Of a stretch of DNA of 64,000 bases, positions 21,901-30,900 are shown in pieces. The stretch is from a virus (Duplodnaviria > Caudoviricetes): IMG/VR virus record IMGVR_UViG_3300030616_000020, positions 1-64,000 of that record, one strand, 5' to 3'. Every line of letters starts with the position of its first letter. The first letter of the stretch is position 1. A program made the position numbers and the translations under genes. The notes under the pieces are model-generated. The model saw only the letters and a list, made by a program, of their open reading frames with translations, made no database searches and had not been told where the DNA came from.

Positions 21901-24900
21901 ATTATATCGTGAATGGAAAAGAAGAAATCCTGACAAAAGAAATTATACCAATGATCAGATAGAGGAACAGCTTGCAGAAGATTTTAGAGAATATATTCTG
22001 TTCCGTAAAGAGACTTCTAATGTAAGCCCTCGTGGTTTTCAGAAGACTCAAGAAGAACAAGATCGTGAGAATGAGCAGTTTAAGAAAGACCTTGCTGAAT
22101 ATGCCAGAGAAGATATTTCTCCGGAGCGTAAAGCAGAACTTGAAGAGAAGTTAGTTCAGTCTTACTATGCTGAAGGAGAGATGATCACTCATGAGGCTAA
22201 GAAGGCAAAGAGAATGGTCGAAGCTATCAAAGCTCCTCTACAAAGAAGTTTCTTTGAAAGGCTGTACGATTGGATTGTCAATATGATCTATGGAAAGCCT
22301 GAAAGTATCATAGAGATATTTGAAAATATTGAGAACAACAAATATCGTAATCAAACACCTAATCTCAGGCGTGGTAAGAGAGTAAAGCTTAATCGTACTT
22401 ACGAAGGTAAGACTGAAGCATTTGGAAAGATGGTTATGGAAGGAGTGAATTACTTCTTCTTCCAAAAGCTTTTTGCTTCTAAAGAAAGTGTAAGTACCTT
22501 ATTCTCAAAAGAAGATAATTCTGCTCTTGTAAATGACTTGTATGAATATGCGTATGAGGAAATTGAGAAGACTATAGGTGATCTTCAGGCAGTGCAGGAC
22601 GATCCTGAGATAACTGATCAAGAGTATGACAGGCTCGATAATGTAGTTGATCAGCTATGGTTTGTTCTTGATAACTGGAATGAGACAAAGAAACTTCATC
22701 GTAATTTTCTTACTCAATACAGACTTGAATTTGTAAATATCGAAGATACTATAGGTGAGACAAACATTGCTCTCGATAATGATAATCTGATATCAAATGC
22801 AAGTATCAAAATCTCATCTAAGCTTAATGCTTCACGAAATATCAAGCTACTTGTAGGTACACTGGTTGATGTAAATAAAAACTTTGAGGAAAAAGTAAAC
22901 GATCTGGAACTTGTTCAGAATGCTGATTTCGGAAGAACTTTCAATATACTTGTGAACCGTTTTGCAGGATTGAGAAGTGATAGTCAAATGCTGAATGCTA
23001 TTAATAATATTGCAGCTAAAGCTCCTCAGTTATATGCTCTGATTGATCGTCTTGGATTAAATAATGAAGGTGAACATCTGTCTGAGAATCAAATGCTTGA
23101 ACAAATTCAATTCGTTCAGACGTTTGCTAAGACTAAACACACTTATATGTTCGATATCACTGGTATAAACGGTAAGTTTAAGCTGGTGAACTCCAACCGA
23201 TCAAGTATCAATGAGAAAGTTAAAACAGTATGGAAATCTAATGCTGAGAACAAGCGTATATATGAAGATAGGAACGGAGTACGTTACTATAAACCTTCAG
23301 TATTTGAGAAGTTAGGTCCTATTGATACTCCTCAGAAAGCTCTTAAGATGCTTAGTACGATGGGTATCAACTATACTTTTCCTAAAGAGGTAGAGTTAAA
23401 AGATGAGCTTATCAGAAAAGCAAATGGTATCTACACTCAGATCATGTCTAAGAGTGGACAGCCTTATATCTTCGATACTGAAGTTAACGTAAATGCTAAA
23501 GATGATTTAAGTACACTCATTCAATTTGAGGTAGATACAACCGTTGATTATATTGAGAATAGCCATTTAAACATCGAGAATAATCTCGTATATGATGTTG
23601 TATTAAATAGTTATCTCTCTATTGCTATCGACGATATAAGAAACTTTCCTACTCTCGAAGCATTATTTGAAGAGAATCCACATCTTGATCCTAATAACAA
23701 TATCTACACGCAGAATTCATATCTTCTGCAACCGGGAGGACCACTTTATAAAAAGAATGGTGAGTTAAGAGATGATCCACTATTCCTTGAAATTCATGAA
23801 GGTAGTAAAGAAGAAGACTCTGAAATTTCTTCTGAGTTTGAAGACCTTGGAGAACCGGATCAACTTCGTGTACATATAAATCGTGGACTTGAAGGTTCTT
23901 ATCCACTTCTTCGTCCTGCTGATAATTCTATTGAAAGATATCTCAATTTCGGTAAGCCGTTATTTTCAACAGGTCAAATATCCAGAAATGTTCATGTTCA
24001 TCAGATGCTTAACTATCTGAGAGATGAATTAAATCGTGGTTCCAAAACTCTCAGTGATATTGCTAAGGGAGACAATCTTTGGAAATATCATAAAGAGAAT
24101 GCTACCGATGGTATTGTCATTCAAATAGTTTCTCAAAATCCTGTGATCAAGGAAGCAATTGATCAGTTCTTTAAGGACAGTGAAGCTACAGTCGAAGGAT
24201 TCTTTAACGATGATATACTTGTAGAAGAACTTAAAACTCAGATCAATACATATTTTACTGACAGGACAGGTTCAAATCAGGAAGGTTTCATCAAGATGCT
24301 TCTTGATTATGGTATTATTGAACTGCTTGAAGATGGTACTTATTATAATAATGGTCTCAACATAAAAGGAAATCCTCAAATACTCAGTGAAGATGTTCTC
24401 AATAGTGAAATTAAGAATTATCTTATCAATGATACCATATCTAATATTGAGCAAACTAAATTGATCTTCGGTGATCCTGTAGGTTATAAGAATGTTGCAG
24501 ATCAGTTTAAGCGTCATTCAGGTGTAGTTGGTACTAAAAAGATTTCTGCTGTCTACGATCAGGTTAATCGTTGGATTGACAAAAAACTCAAGCGTACAGA
24601 TCGTCAGGGTGGACTTTATAAGAATGGTAAACCAATTATCAGAACTGCTGTATTTGCGGATATTATAGTTCAATCAAGGTATCATGCTGAATATGCAAAA
24701 GCTATTGGAGACAAGGCTGATCCATATCTTGAGATAGAAGAAGGTGATGGTCAAGGTTATATCTCAATTGACGAATGGAGAGAAATGCTATTCAGAGCAG
24801 GAGAATGGAGCTTTGGAGTAGGTTCCCTCGAAGATTTATATCAATGGGAGATTCAAAAAGAACAAGGAGAACAACAACCTAAAGACCCTGTTACCGGAAG

Positions 24901-27900
24901 AGTTATAGACAAAAATAAACTTCCTGTAGCTACTCCATTGAAACCACAATACATGGGTCCTCTTGCAGAGCAAGGGTTCCAGATGGGTATGTATAAACTT
25001 TCTCTGTTCCCATTACTTCCAAGTGTTACAAAACAGTTCAGTCAGCTTGAGGCTCTCCGAACAAGAATGAAGGGGAAAGAAGGAGAGAACGATGGTATCG
25101 GTATAGCTGTATTCCAAACTGCAAACAAAGTAGGAACCAAACTCAATCAGCACGGTGAAACTCAACCTCTTTATGAGGTTAAAACGACAGATGAGAAGCA
25201 GATAGCAGAGTTTGCTTATCAAAACTATGCTCCTATGGTTACTCAGGATACCTACTATAAATATTGGGGTATTCAACAGGAAAAAGGTTCTAAGAGTAAA
25301 CGAAAAGTTGTCTTCGGTACTCAGATGGCAAAGCAGATTCTCAATGGATTATATGAGAATGGTAGGTTAAAAGAAGGTCTTGATCCTATTCTTGCAGAAC
25401 GTGTAGATGAATATCTGAAACTCAATAGAGAACGTATTGAAATAGGTCTTGCACAACTTGTTAACAGTCTTGGTCTTGTAGAGAAGAACGGAAAGTACCA
25501 CGTTAAGAGCATGGAATCTCTTATTGAGAAGATTCGTAAAGAAGCTGTTGAACGTGAGATGCCTGATAATATCATTGATGCTATTGATAATCTTGAGATT
25601 GGAAGTGGTCTTGATACTTTGATAAACAGGGAGAAAATCGAAAACGTTCTCTTTTCTATTGCTGATGCTATGAGTACTTCTCAGAAGCGTTCAGGTTCTC
25701 CTAAGGTACAGGTATCAAATGCTCTTGGAACATCTGTAAGAACTGTGATTGATACTGAAACAGGACAGGTTTTTCGATCTTCTGATCTTGAATTTTATCA
25801 TGATCAAGACGGGAATATTGTTCAGGCAGAAGTTTATCTTCCTGCTTTTCTGAAAGGGAAAATTACAGATGATAACCTGCGTAATTTAATTGGTTTTCGC
25901 ATTCCTACTCAGGGATTGAACTCAATTGAATCTATTAGAGTTAAAGGATTCTTACCAGTAGAAGCAGGTGATAGTGTTATAGTTCCTTCCGAGATTATAG
26001 CAAAGACAGGATCAGACTTTGATGATGACAAACTCTATCTCTACTATCCTAACGTATTCTATAATAAAGAAGGTAATCCTGTTTATATTGAGCTTAAAGA
26101 CAATACTGAGCTGGAAGAAGTTTACAAGGAATATTCTGAAGCTTATGAAGCAAGGTTTACTCAAAGGGTTGTAGGTAATATAGCTTTTGACAGTCTTCCT
26201 GAGAATCTTGCAAGATTTGTCAAAACCGAGATTTCAGAAATTCTTTCCAATGAGAACGTTGGTATAAGAGATGTAATCGAGGGAATAAATGATAGAATAG
26301 TTGAAGCTGAAAATATTTTACGTGAGAAGAATCTAGAATCTCCGTTGATTGAGACTTACAAAAAGATAAGAGCCAATCTCATATCTCTTTCTAATGAGAT
26401 CGAAACCGGAACATCAAGTGAGTTCGATCCTATGACCAGAGGAGAATTTCGTAAGAGGGCTATCGAGAATCGCATCAGTGAGATTCAAAAAGACATTATT
26501 CTTCATCCTGACAACTTTGCTCAACTTATCAATCCTGTATCTGCAAATGATCTTGAAGCTGAGGCAGATAAGATATTACTTCTTAGAGGGGAAGCCAAAC
26601 GTGATAAGGATGGAAAGATAGTCAAGAAACAACCTACGATGAATAACATCGTGGAGCGTGAATATCTGATGGATGTTGCTCGTCGATTTATCGGAGGTAA
26701 GCAAGCTATTGGTATCACTGCAATCAGTTCTACATTTGACATTCTCTCAAAAATGTCAAACGTATCTATTGTACCTGAGATTACAGTATATAGAAATAAG
26801 AAGTCAGTTCCTATAAAGACCAATATAAATCTTCCTCATAATAAGAATGAAGAAGGTAATGTTACGCTTTCCAGAATACAAGATGCGAATGATGAAGGAA
26901 ATATACCGGAAAGACTTTCTCAATGGATAAATGCAGCCGTGGATGCTGCTACCAATCCTTTCATGTTCGATCTTAACTCTGGTCCTCAAACACTCAATAC
27001 TGTTCTGTATTTGACTATGGCAGGAGTTCCTCTGGACTATCTTACCAGATTCATGACTCAGCCTATTATTGTCGAATACATCAAGAATAGGCAGAAATGG
27101 GAGTCTCAGATGATGGAAGGTAACATTGATCCTCAAACAGGTAGGGCTAAGAAAAAATTCAGAGATTGGATTGTTGCTAACACCAAAGCTAAGTATGTCG
27201 ATCAATTAAAAACCGGTACTGTTTCAGAAAAAGAGTTAACACTTCTTGATCTTGAGAGAGGTATCAAAGCTGGTGCTACTGGTGCAATGAGTAATGTTCA
27301 TGCTCGAACTCAGATTCAGGTACTTGATGATTTTCTCAGGTATATGGATACTGCGACAAAACTTCGTGATGCTACTGGTGCTATAAACTATGATACCAGA
27401 GCAGCAGGTAAAAACACGAGTGAACTTCTTTATAGGATTGAAAACACTGAGAGAGTAAGACAAGAAGGTAATTTGAATAACTTCTCTGGTATCTTGGATG
27501 ATGGGTTCATATCTCCCTATTATGATTCTGTCAAAAGTCTCAGAAATGTGTTAGACCCATTGTTTGTTACTCTTAATGATGAAAGTGTAACACGACAATT
27601 TGATAAACTTTTCAGAGTTCTTTTTGATCAAAGGAATACTCTTCCTAATGATAAGAAAATCAGAGTAGTAGATAAATTTAAGCAAAGCTTCATTACATAT
27701 CTTCTTATAAGCAGACCTTATAGTGTCTCTGACAGACTCAATAAAAAGGACGGTATGAAGGTTGCTATGAATGCCAGAGTCTCTAGGTTACTTAAAGATA
27801 CTAATGAATCAAAGTCTGTCGCTACCAGATTAAAGGAGATGCAGAACGATCCTAAATATGCTGATATGTCCTTGTTAGCATATCTTGAACCTATTCTTGA

Positions 27901-30900
27901 TAAGTCTGGTAAATCGGAAGCTACGAATCATGTAGCAACTGTAGCTAAGAAACTTGATACAATTGAAAGTAATCGTCTGACAAGTGAATGGAGAGAACTG
28001 ATTGAAGCAGATAAACCTTTTGCATACGATTTGATACTTGCTACAGCGTTACAATATGGTATTCTGAATACTCCTTTCACTTTTACAAATCTCATTCCCT
28101 TTGAGATTTATGGACAGGTAATGAACTCTATTCTTGCAGAAGAAAAGACAAAAACTGTAAAAGAAAAGAATAATCTGTATGATGATTTTTACAATCGTTT
28201 CTTTCTGAACAACTTCGACGATAATTCGATTGTTCCAATACGAAGGAAGGGAACTAATTTTCATCTAGCATATCCATATTTCAAGATACCTAACAGGAAG
28301 GAAGAATTTCGTGAAGCATCTCCTCAAGAAATATCTGCTCTTAGAGAAAAAGGAGTAGCTATTTATGAAGAAAAACCTAAAGTTATTCGTACTGAAGATA
28401 ATAGAAGAATGAACCTTACAGGTATTCGTAAGAATTACCAAGGTAAGATGCTTCTTCTCAACTATGATATAAACACACCTTTAGTAGCTGATGTTAGCAG
28501 GAGTGAAGATAGTAAGCAGTTTAATCAGTTGTCCAGAGAAAGTGACCAAGCTCCTGATGAAGCTATCAATGAGAAGATCAAAGGCTGGATGGATAGAATG
28601 GGTATCAGTTATCAGAACGTAGAAGAGATTACTGATAGAGAAGGAAATCCCATTGATGCTATTGCAAAAGCAGATATGCTTCATGCTACTATTCAAGTTG
28701 TCGAAGGTAAGGCTGACATCACCACCTTATCAGAAGAAGCTGCTCACTTTCTAGTAGAGTTACTTGGAGACGACAATCCTATCCTTAAAGGCATGATGAA
28801 TGCTGTAGAAGGTACTGAAGTTCACAAGGAAGTTGTAGCTGAATACGGAGAGATTTATAATAATGACGAGACTAAGCTGAAGAAGGAAGCTGTAGGTAAA
28901 ATGATTGCTAAAGCTATCATCAATAAAGAGAAGGTAGCTGGTATGAGCAGGTTCCAAAGATGGTGGGATTCAGCATGGAGATGGATAAAGAAACACCTCT
29001 TAAGAGTTAGTTCTGATGAAGTAGCAGAAGAACTCTCACCTTATGCTGAAGCTGCTAATATTATTCTTGGAAATGTAACAGAAGGTCTGTCTCCTATAGA
29101 AAGTCTTAATCCTGATATCTTCTATCAAGTAACCGAAGAGGAGAAAGCTACTGCTGCTGCAATTGAAAAGTCTCTCAGAGAATCAAGGATAGAGAAAGAT
29201 AAAGAGCAGGGTGGATACAGAACACCTGAAGGAAAAGCTGTAAAGAATAGAGTTAGTGATTTTGTTAAAAGATTTTACAATCAGATATTTAGAGGTAGAA
29301 GCGCAGAGGAAGAAGCGAAACCTCGCAACATTCTTTTAAAACAGAAAGGAACCATTATTCATAAATATCTTGAAGTTATAGGTGAATCTGTATTTCAAGG
29401 TAAAACTCCTACTAAAGCTGAGGTTCAGAAAAGAGTGATTGAAGACTTGCAGGATAGAGATGACATTGCTAACGAAGAGTTCTTCGATAAAGATAAAACG
29501 TTCTTCATGCTCTCAGGAAATCAGTTTGGAGAACTTCGTGATGGATTGATTAAAGTAGTTGCTGGAATCAAGGCTAAACAGGAAAGAATTGATCCAAATG
29601 AAGAGGTCAAATTTTTTCCGGAACTTCTTATATACGATAAGTATGGTGATATAGGAGGTACTATTGACCTTGCAGTTTTGTATTCTAACGGTTCAGTAGG
29701 AATTTATGATTATAAGACCATCAATTTTGATGATACTAAGACCTTAGCTGGATTTAAAGAAGATGCTTACAATATTCAGATAAGTGAGTATAAGCGTATT
29801 CTTCAGGATCGTTATGGAATCAAGAATATTGGAGAAACTCGTGTTATTCCTATTGACGTTCAGACAAATTTTGCTGCAACAGGTCTTACTACCATTTTGA
29901 TGGGTACTACCGGAATAGGAACAAAAAGTAAAGATCGTCCGTATCTTGAACAAATACCTGTAGCAAGAGAACTTACTGAAGATAAGGAACTTAATGAGTC
30001 TCTTAAGAAAATGTTTGTTCTCTACGATAACTTAAGAGTAAAACTTTCAAATGATTATCAGAATGACAAGCTTGCATTAAGAGTAGCAAGGTTACGTGAA
30101 GCAATTACAGGTCTTCAGCTTCGTGGAGATGTATCATTTATCATTGGTGAGATTCAGACTATTTATGCTGATTTTGAGAAAAGAGAGAATCTTCCTGCTG
30201 ATCATGAATTTGGTTTGAATGATGATTTCTTAAGAGAGCTTAGTGAATATGTCCATGCATATAAGCATTTTGGAGTCAATGCTATGGCTACAGCTAGGAA
30301 GACTCAAGATCAGAAAAGTATTCACACTCTTCAGAGAGTTGCTCACATGCTCGATCAGATGCAGAATCGGATTGACCATAAATATATTGAGAATGCTAAC
30401 AGATATTCAGACTATGATGTAGCAGGTAAAGCACCGGCAGAAGGATTTTTAGGAAAGTTGTTTAAGCAACTATCTCAGTTTAAGAGACCTACCTTTAAGA
30501 AACTTTCTGAAATGGTACACGAAGTTGGATACAAAGTCCGTCGTGATGTAAATGCTGCAATTGAAGAGATTGATGAAAAGAATGAGGCTCTCAAAACATG
30601 GGGGAAAGCCCGTGGTATAGGACTTCAGCAGGTCTTTGATAAATACCTCATTAATCCTAAGAATGGAAATCTTAAGAGTAAGTACAAAAGTGAACACTTT
30701 GAAGAAAAAGATAAAGCAATTTCCCAGAGGGGTTCTGAAGGTACAAAATGGTTCCTTGAAAATACTCAAGTTGAACGTAGAGAAGATGGTAAACTGTATT
30801 ACACCGGAGAACGTCTGAAGCTTTATGAAGAACAACGTAAAGCACACTTTGACTATCTTGATCGTACAATGTTAGGAGAAGAAAATGCTAAAGCGAAAGA

